Made by a program: the position numbers and the translations under genes
From: Gemmatimonadota bacterium
GTDB taxonomy: Bacteria; JBHIER01; G020348925
NCBI GenBank assembly: GCA_020348925.1
Contig: CP070758.1
Coordinates: 2,929,688-2,993,687, forward strand
Direction of reading: 5' to 3'
Length of the DNA stretch: 64,000 nucleotides
Notes under the pieces: generated by a model
The model's input: only the letters and a program-made list of their open reading frames with translations
What the model was told of the DNA's origin: nothing
The model's database searches: none
Shown: positions 41,553 to 52,300 of the stretch, piece by piece
Position numbering within the stretch: position 1 is the first letter of the stretch
Layout: each line of letters begins with the position of its first letter

Positions 41553-41865
41553 TGTCAAGTTGATTTTTCAAGGTTTTTCTCCCTGGGTATTAGATCGAGG
41601 TATTGTTGAACCACTTTTTTACTGAGTNNNNNNNNNNNNNNNNNNNNNNNNNNNNNNNNNNNNNNNNNNNNNNNNNNNNNNNNNNNNNNNNNNNNNNNNN
41701 NNNNNNNNNNNNNNNNNNNNNNNNNNNTCCGAAAGGGCACCCCTTTCATCACCCAGACAGTGCACATCATTTCAATCCATAGAGGCACATCTCCCTTAAT
41801 GCATTGAAATACAGAGAATTCAGTTATTCCTGTTAAATATTGTCCTTTTGAAAAATGAACTGGCA
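41553..41865. mobile_element. Probable IS element collapsed into the assembly gap
   Basis: Imperfect inverted repeats TGTCAAGTTGATTTTTCAA (41553-41571) and TTGAAAAATGAACTGGCA (41848-41865) flank the N run. The left one interrupts an ORF starting MKKY at 41536 (RBS GGAGG). Confidence 0.55.
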
Positions 41866-42087
41866 CGGGGTTTGCAATTTATTTGGAAAAAATGGACAAT
41901 GTTTGCTGAAGAAAGGAGATGGACCATGAAAGGAGAGGAGAGAGTTCAGATGTGGATGTCATCGATATGTCGTTGGTTTACAGGTGGTTTTGTAGTATCG
42001 GATGACACGATGAAAGAGGGGGATCAATCGTCCGCAGCAGCTATAATACGATGGCGGACATTACGGTACGTGAGGAGGGTATTCGGA

Positions 42088-42579
42088 ATGAAAAGAGCAA
42101 TAGCAGTGTTGATTTCTTTTACAGTGCTCTGGTGTGTGCCCATGAATTCGAGTCATGCGGAGGATGAGGGCCAAGCCGGGGCTTTCACCGTTGAGGAGGT
42201 GGAAGGGAGCGCTCTCCAAAAAAAGAGCGAGAAGGACACCCTCATCCAGGTCAGCGTCGGTGAGGAAATTAGTCAGGATGCGGTCCTTCGTATTGCAAAG
42301 GACGCCTCCCTGAAGCTGAAAAAGGCGTCCGGGGAGATTGTGGTCCTGGGTGGACCCTCTCAAGGGGAACTCCAGGATCTTCTGAAGGCGAAAACGTCAC
42401 CTTCCGAGGATTTCATCAAAAAGACACTCTCAAAAATTCCGGCAGTCGAGGGTGATGAGAAGAAGGTGGATATATCCACCCAGTCCACCGGTCTGACCCG
42501 AGGCGCACACAGCCCCCGGAAATCGATGCCGTATATATGGAAGGTGAAAAAGAACGCGGCGGCATCGGAAAAGAAATAG
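42088..42579 (+). CDS. Small secreted protein, FecR-like N-terminal pattern
   Basis: RBS GAGGAGG, signal peptide, VEEVEG..VGEEI..LKL pattern. Confidence 0.55.
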   Translation: MKRAIAVLISFTVLWCVPMNSSHAEDEGQAGAFTVEEVEGSALQKKSEKDTLIQVSVGEEISQDAVLRIAKDASLKLKKASGEIVVLGGPSQGELQDLLKAKTSPSEDFIKKTLSKIPAVEGDEKKVDISTQSTGLTRGAHSPRKSMPYIWKVKKNAAASEKK

Positions 42580-42806
42580 ATGTTCGAAGGAAGCGAGCGT
42601 ATGCTGATCCAGACATATATAAAAAGGAAAGCCGAGCCGATGGATAGGCCCCGATCACCTGATGAGACGTTGATCGGATATCGGTCCTCTCCAGTATCGG
42701 GTTTCTGTTCCTCCCGGCTTTTCACGAACAATTCGGCCGCGGCGGCAAGCATTGTGCACTCGGGAGCCTGTTGAGCAGCGAAAATTACGGGGAGGTGAGT
42801 CATCCT

Positions 42807-43718
42807 ATGCTGAAAAGAAGTTGTGACGTGAAGGTCAAAAATCTATTTACGAAAGAGCTCTTTTTCATCCTGACACTCATCCTTTTTCTTCTTACCCAAT
42901 TCAACGGGTGTTCTCAAGAGGACAATGCATCCGTCAGCCCCCTGTACCAGGCCCGGGAGAATGGGTCCTATGCGCAGGATTCAATTCTCTGTTCCCTGCG
43001 CGGTGAGACGCTCTTCGTGACGCACCAGGATGCCTATTATCAGTGCTGCCTCGAATCGAAAATAGTGGTGCACAAGACGGGGTTTTCCATCGACCTAATC
43101 GAATATGATGTGGGACATCCCTGTGACTGTATGTGTCCCTTCGATCTGACCACCGCCATTACGGGTTTATCCTCCGGCACGTATACGATAAAAGTGTGGA
43201 ATGAGTACGGCGGGCTGTACGGGGAATGTGAGGCCACCATCCTGAAGAATCCCCGTCTGGCAGGATTGTCCCAGAGCGAATGTCTCTCATATCCCAAGGT
43301 CATCACCACCGCATCGAAGGATGATTCGATTGTCGCGGTCTATGAGAACGATACGCTCTCTGTGTTCCACTTCGACGCGTTCTACAATTGTTGTTTTCAC
43401 ATTGATGTGGCCTTTGAGCACAACGGGCCCATACTCAATTTCATCGAACACCCCAGCGGTGAGCCGTGCCGCTGCATGTGTTACTTCAATATCGCCTCAA
43501 CCGTAGTCGGATTGGCGCCGGGGGCCTACACAGTGAGAGTCTGGAATGAAGACCTTTCGACTCTTTTCGGCGAAGTGGACATTACGATTCAGCCCGAATT
43601 GGCAGCCAAAACAATATTGGAGAACGATGATCCTTCGCCTTCCGGACCGCGCTGGCGGTATGTTTCCGGTCAGATCGGCTGTAAAGAATATCCGAAAAAA
43701 AAGGTTCAACAAAAATGA
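42807..43718 (+). CDS. Cys-rich putative lipoprotein with two internal repeats
   Basis: FNGC lipobox-like motif and two copies of HxDAxYxCC..PCxCMCxF..GxYTxxVWNE. Confidence 0.7.
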   Translation: MLKRSCDVKVKNLFTKELFFILTLILFLLTQFNGCSQEDNASVSPLYQARENGSYAQDSILCSLRGETLFVTHQDAYYQCCLESKIVVHKTGFSIDLIEYDVGHPCDCMCPFDLTTAITGLSSGTYTIKVWNEYGGLYGECEATILKNPRLAGLSQSECLSYPKVITTASKDDSIVAVYENDTLSVFHFDAFYNCCFHIDVAFEHNGPILNFIEHPSGEPCRCMCYFNIASTVVGLAPGAYTVRVWNEDLSTLFGEVDITIQPELAAKTILENDDPSPSGPRWRYVSGQIGCKEYPKKKVQQK

Positions 43719-44132
43719 ACTCCTATCGAATGTACCTGAATGTGCATGGATGTGCAAAACAGAAAGGAGGGATGGGTACGATAACGGTCCTATGCATGGA
43801 AATCATGTGTAGAGTAGGGATGATCTCTTTCGGACGTTCCTCGAATTTCCGAAAGGGAGAGAGATGTTTGAGGTTCCGAAGGAATTCGGGGCTTCATATG
43901 GTAACGGCGAAGCGATCCGGTCGAGTGGAGGATCGCCAAGCGCCGGAGAATCGGTTTTCAGAGAGAACGGTTGAAAAATGGACTGAAAAACACCCGCAGG
44001 CGAGTAGCCGGGTTATGACAAAACGATATGCTAACCTACCTACTTGTCCTACCAAATGTTCCGCATTTTCCGCTATTGTTCCCTCTTTGGCGAAAGCCTG
44101 CGGTGTTTTTCAAACCTGAGGAGGTAAACGGC

Positions 44133-47100
44133 ATGAAGGCTCGATTGATTTTGAACATTCTTATTTTACTCGTCGTGACGGTTCCCCTTGTCTCGGTTCC
44201 GTGCTATCCCCACGAGGGGAACACCTTTGCCACGAAAATATCCAAGGTGAAATGGATGATGATCTCCCAGAGCAGAGAGAATTTGTTTGGGACGACAGAG
44301 GGTGGAGCCATCACGGGAAAAGTATACGCAGACAATTCCGACGATGAGGGGGAGCCGATTCGGGAGGCCTGGGTTGTGGCCACGCTGTCACCGGACGGTG
44401 AACCGGTGGGCTGGGCGCTCTCAGGTTGGAACGGGACATACCTCATCGCCGGACTGCCGTCTGGAGAGTACTTTCTCCAGGCTTCGTCTCCGGGATTCAT
44501 TCCGGAGTTTTTCGACGACGCCATAGAGCCACGCGAGGCGACCCCGGTGGAGGTGTCGGATGAGGGCACTGTGGATGATATCGATTTTCATTTGGCCCAT
44601 CACGGCCAGCATCACGGGGAGGGATCCATTTCGGGTTTTGTCATCGATGATGATTCCGGAGATGCCATCGAAGGAGCCCATGTTTTGGCCGTAACCCTCA
44701 CCACCGATGATCCGGACTCATTGTTCTGGATGGGTGAGGCTATTACCGGATCCGGAGGAACTTATAAAATCGATGGTCTCATAAGCGGTGATTACATTGT
44801 CTCCGTATCCGCCTACCAATACCTGCCCGAGTATTACGATGATGTCTATACCTTTGAGGAGGCTACGCCCGTCCGCGTGGATGAGCCAAGGAATACGTCG
44901 CGCATTGATTTCGGGTTGTCGCAGATCGAGTCCGGGCGAGGTTCGATCTCGGGCGTGGTACTTGCCGAAACCGACAGCACCATTATCGAGGACGCCTATG
45001 TCTCGGCCTATTCACCTGTCTACTCATTTCTTCCGGACGTCGTCAGGGTCAAGTCGGACGGGACGTATCGGATCGAGGGATTGATGTCAGGTGACTACTT
45101 CGTCGTAGCCCGGGCCCCGAACTACCATGCCGAATGGTACGACAATGTCAAGACGGAGGATGAGGCCACCTTCGTACCTGTGACCTCTCCTGATGAGACG
45201 CCCGGTATCGATTTTTATCTGGGCCATCTGGGCTCAATCTCAGGTCTCGTCACCTCAGAGGCCGATGGGACGCCCATCGCCGAGGCCCTTGTGTGCGCTG
45301 TCCCTGTTGGAGATACGGTCTACATCGATCCTGATGTGACGAATCCCAATTTCATAGAACCCGGCTTCGCTCCGACGGTTTGGTTTCGATGCGCAGTCAC
45401 TGACTCGAACGGGGCGTTCGAGTTGAAGGGTTTGGCTGCCGGCGAGTATTTCGTCGGTGTCTGGGCCCTGGGATTTTTGAACGAGTGGTACGATAATATC
45501 AGGAATTTTGAAGAGGCGCATGCTGTGACGGTGCTCGAATCCCAGACGACGCCGGACATTGACTTTGCCTTGAGCACAGGTGGATCGATCTCCGGGCGTG
45601 TGGTGGTGGCATCCGATGGTCATCCTATTTCGAATGGACATGTCTGTGCCATCCCGCTGGCCGATTCGACGTGGATTCCGGGAGGCCCGATCGGGCCGGA
45701 CGAAACCTTCTGGCCGGATCGGTGGGCATGTGGCACAACGGACGATGAGGGGTACTATACGGTGACCGGTCTTGTGACCGGTGAATATTACGTTCACGTC
45801 TGGGCGGAGGGGTTCCTGCCCGAGTGGTACGACGGCGTTCACTTCAGGCAGGATGCCACCCCTGTCGCGGTTACCGAACCGGAGGAGACGTCGGGTATCA
45901 ATTTTGCCCTGGGCACCGGGGGTTCGATCTCCGGCCAGGTGAGATCCGAGGTCGATGATCGACCGATTCCCGACGTGACCGTATGCGTCTTCTCTGTCAG
46001 AGACAGTCTGTGGTTTCAGGAGGGGAACATATGGCCCGGTTATGATGAGCTTCTTGGTCCCGACATATTTCACTGCGTCAGAACCGACGGGGAGGGACGG
46101 TACGAGATCGGCAGGCTCCCCACCGGAGAGTACTATGTCGTTGCGTGGATGGAGGATTTTCTGCCTGAATGGTTCGACGACGCTCCCGGTTGGAAGGAGG
46201 CCACGCCGGTCGCAGTGGTCGATCCTGAGCAGACGCCTGACATCGATTTTCGGCTGAGCACGGGTGGATCGATCTCCGGTCATGTATTGTCGGGTTCTCA
46301 AGGGAGTCCGGTATTCGCCACGGTGTGCGCCTTTCAGATGAATGGGACTCCCTCCGGCGAGATCGGTTCCTTCGGGACGACCCATTGTACCGAGACGGAC
46401 GAGCACGGCAGGTACGTGCTCACCGGATTGAAATCCGGCACGTATCACGTCGTGGCCCACGCTCGGGGTTATGAGGAGCAGTGGTACGATCATGCGGACA
46501 CTCAGATAGATGCCACGCCTGTGGAGGTCGTTGTGCCGGAGGAGACGGCGGGGATCAATTTCACATTGAAAGCGTGGGGTGGTGAGGGCGCAATCAGCGG
46601 GCGGGTCGTTGATGAGGGTGATGGTCATCCGATTGCCAGGGCTTTGGTTGAAGCCCGCCGGGGCGATGGGTGGTGGACCGGCATCGCGTTGACGCAGGAT
46701 GACGGTACGTACGTGATTCCGAATCTTCCTTCCGGCAATTACTTCGTCTCGGTGAGGGCGGAGGGCTATTTTCATGAGTTCTACGACAACGTCCGCAATG
46801 CCAAAGACGCCACCTATGTCGAGGTCGCGGGACCCGGCAGCACGCCGGATATCAATTTCGAATTGACCAAACACCGGCAACAGGGATCCGAAGGCGGTAT
46901 CGCGGGCTATGTGACTGCTGTGAGTCCGGAATCCGATACCCTGACCGTTGCGGAAGCCTTCGTCTTCGCGTTTTCCGTGCAACAGAACAGCATCTCCGAT
47001 CGGAATGACGCTGCCGGGATGGCGGTCGCAGACGAACGAGGCTATTACGTCATCGAGAATCTGCCTCAAGGTCAGTACGTCGTCATGTGTTTTGCCTCGG

Positions 47101-47867
47101 GTTTTATCGGTGAGCTGTACGACGATGTTCTCAACCCCAAAGACGCCACACTCGTCAGAGTTCTTCCGCCGGATGTCACCCCGGGCATCGACTTCGAATT
47201 GTCGGCTGTTGCATGGGAGGGCGGCGGATCGATTTCCGGAACCATCTATGAGGCGGACGGCGCGACCCCTGTCTCGAATGTGTGGGTCTATGCCCTCGAT
47301 AGAAACTCTCGCCCGGTCGCTTGGGATCAGACCGGTCCGAACGGGACCTATGTTCTGAGCGGCCTGGCCCCTGGCCAATACACCGTGCAGGCGTCGGAGG
47401 TCGCCAACGGTGTGGCCAGATCAACCTACTGGGCAGGCTCGGACTCCGACGGCGTGGATACCTTTGAGGAATCGGAACCTGTTGATGTGGGACCGACGGT
47501 TTTTTCAGGTGTGGACCTGGTTATGAGAGAATCCACCTTGACGGGCGTCGATGATGATACCGCGCCGGATGTGATCCCTGAGGGTTTCGCCCTGGAGCAA
47601 AACCGTCCCAATCCCTTCAATCCGACGACTGATATCCGGTATGCCGTGGTCAGTCAGCAATCCCAGGGACATGTCAGCCTTAAGGTCTATAACCTTTTAG
47701 GGCAGGAGGTGCGGACGCTGGTGGATGAGCTCCAGGAATCCGGGCACTATACCGTCACCTGGGATGGTCGGGATAACACCGGGGGACGTGTGGCCAGCGG
47801 GTATTACTTCTGTCGGCTTCAGGCAGGAACGTATGCTGCGACCATTAAAATGATTCTTATGAAGTAG
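44133..47867 (+). CDS. Secreted protein with ten carboxypeptidase-regulatory-like beta-sandwich repeats + CTD
   Basis: Ten GSISG.V..GxYxIxGLxxGxY..EWYD..ATPVxV..IDFxL units and a QNRPNPFNP tail. ATG at 44133 follows GAGGAGG. Confidence 0.88.
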   Translation: MKARLILNILILLVVTVPLVSVPCYPHEGNTFATKISKVKWMMISQSRENLFGTTEGGAITGKVYADNSDDEGEPIREAWVVATLSPDGEPVGWALSGWNGTYLIAGLPSGEYFLQASSPGFIPEFFDDAIEPREATPVEVSDEGTVDDIDFHLAHHGQHHGEGSISGFVIDDDSGDAIEGAHVLAVTLTTDDPDSLFWMGEAITGSGGTYKIDGLISGDYIVSVSAYQYLPEYYDDVYTFEEATPVRVDEPRNTSRIDFGLSQIESGRGSISGVVLAETDSTIIEDAYVSAYSPVYSFLPDVVRVKSDGTYRIEGLMSGDYFVVARAPNYHAEWYDNVKTEDEATFVPVTSPDETPGIDFYLGHLGSISGLVTSEADGTPIAEALVCAVPVGDTVYIDPDVTNPNFIEPGFAPTVWFRCAVTDSNGAFELKGLAAGEYFVGVWALGFLNEWYDNIRNFEEAHAVTVLESQTTPDIDFALSTGGSISGRVVVASDGHPISNGHVCAIPLADSTWIPGGPIGPDETFWPDRWACGTTDDEGYYTVTGLVTGEYYVHVWAEGFLPEWYDGVHFRQDATPVAVTEPEETSGINFALGTGGSISGQVRSEVDDRPIPDVTVCVFSVRDSLWFQEGNIWPGYDELLGPDIFHCVRTDGEGRYEIGRLPTGEYYVVAWMEDFLPEWFDDAPGWKEATPVAVVDPEQTPDIDFRLSTGGSISGHVLSGSQGSPVFATVCAFQMNGTPSGEIGSFGTTHCTETDEHGRYVLTGLKSGTYHVVAHARGYEEQWYDHADTQIDATPVEVVVPEETAGINFTLKAWGGEGAISGRVVDEGDGHPIARALVEARRGDGWWTGIALTQDDGTYVIPNLPSGNYFVSVRAEGYFHEFYDNVRNAKDATYVEVAGPGSTPDINFELTKHRQQGSEGGIAGYVTAVSPESDTLTVAEAFVFAFSVQQNSISDRNDAAGMAVADERGYYVIENLPQGQYVVMCFASGFIGELYDDVLNPKDATLVRVLPPDVTPGIDFELSAVAWEGGGSISGTIYEADGATPVSNVWVYALDRNSRPVAWDQTGPNGTYVLSGLAPGQYTVQASEVANGVARSTYWAGSDSDGVDTFEESEPVDVGPTVFSGVDLVMRESTLTGVDDDTAPDVIPEGFALEQNRPNPFNPTTDIRYAVVSQQSQGHVSLKVYNLLGQEVRTLVDELQESGHYTVTWDGRDNTGGRVASGYYFCRLQAGTYAATIKMILMK

Positions 47868-47896
47868 GACTCCTTGTCAGAAAGGCGGTCTGAAAT

Positions 47897-47979
47897 GATG
47901 AAGGAGGAGAGGAACGGAATATGCATGGATGGTGCATCTTCGAAGGAGTCCCACAAAAATAAATCTCTCCTCCTTCATC
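47897..47979 (+). repeat. Long-stem element, copy 1
   Basis: Perfect 15-bp inverted repeat GATGAAGGAGGAGAG/CTCTCCTCCTTCATC around a 53-nt loop containing GGTGCATCTTCGAAGGAGT. Confidence 0.75.
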
Positions 47980-48075
47980 TGCCACAAGAGCAGGACGGGT
48001 GCAATCTGTGCGGCACCGTGTCTGGATTTCTTCTCGGACGGAAAGGTTTTTAACGGAGGAAAGGAGGTGTGAGTT

Positions 48076-48885
48076 ATGTTTCAGAAGTTTCCTCCCTTCG
48101 ATGTGATGAACAGAGTTTTCGTTGTTGCCGTTGGTCTGCTGTTGACCTTCCCAGTCCTTCTGGGCGCAGTCGGATCCGGAGACAGGGCGGTCGTGGAGCT
48201 TTCTTCGAGCGAGGTACGAACCGATCTGTCCGTGAGGACAGTTCAGGTTCCGGTGGCTGTCTCGAACACGAAGGTTATGGCGGGCGTCCAGCTCTCTGTG
48301 AAGTTCGATACCGAAGGCATGGTTCCCGGGGAACCGGAGTTGACGGCTCGCAGTGCAAGCATGTCGATCGCCTCCAATTCGAAAGACGGCGAGATGGTTG
48401 TTCTGCTGTACAGCACCGATGGAAAAGGTATTTCCCCCGGTGACGGACCGATCGTGTCGCTCTCTTTCGCCATCATGGATGGGATGGATGCAACAGGCGC
48501 GATCCGATTGGAGAAGGTCATCTTGGCCAGCCCGGAGGCCACAGCTCTTCCTGCTGTCGTCAGGCCAACGACGATATCCGTTGGGTCGCGGACGCCCACC
48601 CGTTATGACTTGACCCAGAACTATCCCAATCCCTTCAATCCGACAACCAGTATTCGGTATGCGGTGGTCGGTGATCAGTCCCCCCCGCACGTTACCCTGA
48701 AGATCTATACCGTGCTCGGGCAGGAGGTGCAGACGCTGGTGGATGAGCCGCAGAAATCGGGGTACTACACGATCGATTGGGATGGGCGAGACCAATACGG
48801 CGCACAGGTAGCGAGCGGTATCTACTTCTGCCGGCTCCGGGCCGGAGACTATGCGGCCACCATCAGGATGGTCCTGATGAAATAA
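48076..48885 (+). CDS. Single cohesin-like domain + CTD protein
   Basis: Signal peptide; cohesin-like VQVPVAVSN..AGVQLSVKFD..GDGPIVSLSF..IRLEKV; QNYPNPFNP..RMVLMK tail. Confidence 0.78.
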   Translation: MFQKFPPFDVMNRVFVVAVGLLLTFPVLLGAVGSGDRAVVELSSSEVRTDLSVRTVQVPVAVSNTKVMAGVQLSVKFDTEGMVPGEPELTARSASMSIASNSKDGEMVVLLYSTDGKGISPGDGPIVSLSFAIMDGMDATGAIRLEKVILASPEATALPAVVRPTTISVGSRTPTRYDLTQNYPNPFNPTTSIRYAVVGDQSPPHVTLKIYTVLGQEVQTLVDEPQKSGYYTIDWDGRDQYGAQVASGIYFCRLRAGDYAATIRMVLMK

Positions 48886-48914
48886 GGATCGCTGCTCGGA
48901 CTTGTTGAAACTGC

Positions 48915-48996
48915 GGGTGAAGGGGGAGAGACATGGGATGGGGATCGAAGGTGCGTCTTCAAAGGAGTTTCATGAAGACGATCTCCTCCTTCATCC
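48915..48996 (+). repeat. Long-stem element, copy 2
   Basis: GGGTGAAGGGGGAGA/TCTCCTCCTTCATCC (15 pairs, two G-U) around a 52-nt loop containing GGTGCGTCTTCAAAGGAGT. Confidence 0.75.
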
Positions 48997-49368
48997 ACTC
49001 CTGGGGCTCGAGGGTGGAAGCGGCTTTGAATGATTGAGAGGCATCTTGGAAAAGTTCCTGCGGGTTCCGAACCAGCATGTTTTGAGTCTGACTGCCAATG
49101 CGGCAACAGGTTTCACGATGAGAAGGGTTCCTTTATCGTCAAGTATCTGACACATATTCGGGTGAAATCCATGATACATCACTGTGCAGTTTGAAAGGAG
49201 CTCGATAATTGACCATCCATCCAGCCAGCGCGTTGGAACGAAAAACAGAGGAGGTACGATTCCCAAACGATAATTGGCCAAAATTCGAACGGCAGAGACC
49301 ATAATCAACATGAAGCATAAAAATCAGAGGGTGTTTCTTTGAGACCTTTTGAATACTGAAGCGGGGAG

Positions 49369-52300
49369 GTGCGCACCATGACGAGACCGAGTTGGTTTTT
49401 TGCAGGGCTTCTCATTGTGATTCTCGGCCTGTTCTGTGTGAACAGGATACCGGCCCAGGACATGATTGCCGATATTACCGAAGATGTGGAGACCGAGTTC
49501 GGGACATATCATCCATTTCTTGTGGAGATCGAGCCCGCCGCTGAGCCGTATACGGTCGAGCCCGATTTCAGCAATGTGGTCAATTTCTCGGACTTCGGCT
49601 TCACTGCTGTCGAAGAGAGTCTTCTGTCGGCCCACTATTTTGTCGTCTCGCCGACTCGGCATGACGGGGGGTCTGGCTACAAGGAGATATACGATATCTA
49701 TAATGAATGCAGGGAGCAGGACGTGCCCATATTTGTCACCACGGACGCCATGCTCCATACCTTTCATCTGCTCTTCGACAGGATCCTCAAGACCATTGAA
49801 ACGAAGCGCCTGTTCGTTGATCTCCAGGGGCTCCTCGGGGCGCTCTTCTTTGAGACGTTGAACCAGTACGGGGCTGCCCAGGATGCCTCCGTTCGAGCCG
49901 CCCTTGAACGGAACATCGATTATCTCATCGTCGCCGCCTCGCTGCTTGATTCGACATACGATGCGGGGAGCTACGGGATCGTGTATCAGGATGAACTCGA
50001 CCTTATCGCCCAGCATGCAGGTTTTGAAACTTCGCCCATTTTCATGTACGATGAGGATTACAGTCAGTATATCCCGCGGGGTCATTATACCGACAGCGAT
50101 TCGCTCCGGCACTATTTCCTGTCCATGATGTGGCTCGGGCGCATGACCTTTGATGCCGAGGCGCCGGAACCGACGCGCAGCGCCGTTCTCCTGGTCCAGG
50201 CTCTGGACAAGGCGGCCGCGAATATTATTCCGGCGTTGGCGCTCTGGGAGCGCATCTACCTGCCCACGGTCTTCTTCGTGGGCAAATCCGACGATATCAA
50301 TTTTTATCAGTACAAAGAGTTGGCCGTGCAGGTCTATGGTTCGGATTTTGCCAACCTGGTGCCGGACGATTTTGCGGATGAGGCCAAGCTCGAAGCGTTT
50401 CTCGAACTCGCCGAGGATCTCCCCGAGCCCGGCATTACGTACCCCGGTCAGCCCAGCAAGGGTTACCGTCTCATGGGCCAGCGCTTCATTCCGGACTCCT
50501 ACGTTTTGGATCACATGGTCATGCCCTACACCGGACGAATGATGCCCAAAGGTCTCGATGTCATGTCGGTCTTAGGATCGGCCCGGGCCTGGCAGATTCT
50601 GGACGAGGTCTACCACGATCTTGCTGCGGATCAGTTGATGAATTTGAAAGCCGAGTTCGAGGCCTATCCGGATTCGGTCTGGGCTCAGAACGTCTACTGG
50701 AACTGGCTCTACTCATTGATGCCGCTCCTGTTTGAGAAAGGGCAGGGTTTTCCGCCGTTTATGCAGAACCAGGCCTGGACGGACAAGGAGTTAAACGACG
50801 CGCTCGGTTCGTGGGCCGAGCTGCGGCACGATACGATTTTATATGCCAAGCAAGGCGGCTGGGAGAGCGTTCCCCCATACTCCGGTTTGGTGCAGGGCTA
50901 TGTGGAACCCAATCCGTACTTTTACGCCCGCTTGGCCTCCCTCGACGATCTCATGATCACCGGCCTGGAGGATCAGGGGCTGCTTTTTCCACGTTTTGAA
51001 CCGAGTCTCACCTCGCTCAAGGAGTTGTTGCTGACACTGAAGACCATCTCTGAAAAGGAGCTGACCAATCAGTCTCTGACGTTTGACGAGTACGAAGTCA
51101 TCTGCAATATCGGCGAGACCATTGAGACAATTGTTGAATTCGAGACGTGGACGGAAGGCCCCGGCCCGAACAACGAGGAGATGCCGGTCATCGCCGACGT
51201 CCATACGGATCCTCTGAGTGGCACCTGTCTGGAGGAGGGTGTTGGCTATCCGATGAATATCTACGTCATCTGCGATGTCGAGGGGGAGCTGCGGCTGACG
51301 CGAGGCGCGGTGTTTTCGTACTACGAGTTCGAGTGGCCGCTCAACGATCGTCTCACGGACGAGAAGTGGATTGAACTGCTTCAAGGCGAAGATCCCCCTG
51401 CACCGCCCATCTGGACCGCCAGTTTTCTGGACTATTCGACGAACTGGGGCAACCCAGATCCTCGTTTCTATTACTGGCAAAAGCAGGGATTGGTCGGCGT
51501 TGTGGCGACGGTTGAAGGCGAGGAATTTACCGTCGGTGATATGGTGAGTATCCGAATTCGCTCCTCAAGTCCCTTCGCTGAGAGCCCGGCGGTTGCAATT
51601 TTCCCGAGTACGGGGGATCCCTTCAGCCTGACGGATATTCAATCGGAGGGTGACGATTTTCTTGCGTATCTCAATACGTCCGGGATGAGTCCCGGCGAAG
51701 TCGGAGTTTATGTGACAGCGGAGGTGGGGCAATACGAAACGACGACAATCTCCTATCGAACGAAGTTTTTGCTTCATCCGGGGGTAGACATCAAGGGTGA
51801 TGTGAGTGGTGACGGGCAGATCGATATTCAGGACGTCGTATTGACGGTCAACATCGTCCTCAATACACTGGAGCCCACTCCGGAGCAATTCTGGGCGGCC
51901 GATTGGAACGATGACGAGGGGATCGATATCTTGGACGTGGTCGGTTTGATACGATTCATTCTCGGTATTGGGGACAGGACCTTTGTGGATTTTGAAGATG
52001 TCGAAGACTACGGGAACTTTTGTGTTATCCCAAAGGGAACTGCCGTAATAACCTCGGATTCGGAGTGGACGAACCTGTGGGAGCTCTACTGGAACGTAAC
52101 CGACGGCTATGGGAACAAGACACCGCCCGCGGAAATCGATTTTGATGAGGCGATGGTCATCGGGGTGTTCTGGGGTGGCGGATGCATCTATTCCGGCTGC
52201 ACAAATCGGAGCCCGTCAATCGGGTCGGTCTGGATTGCGAGCGATACCCTGCGGGTCAGCGTGGGCGAGATGGAGGATCTCGGGCCGTGTGACGCGTGCG

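Noticed and set aside
42625-42710. GAAA..CTGATGA within a hairpin, resembling a hammerhead ribozyme
   Set aside because: No correctly placed UH cleavage site or stem II/GAAA arrangement.
45255-47378. 707-aa minus-strand ORF
   Set aside because: Antisense shadow of the repeat protein, explained by codon bias.
47897-48996. Integron attC sites or a CRISPR array
   Set aside because: No RYYYAAC/GTTRRRY ends, no integrase or cas genes, and only two copies separated by a gene.
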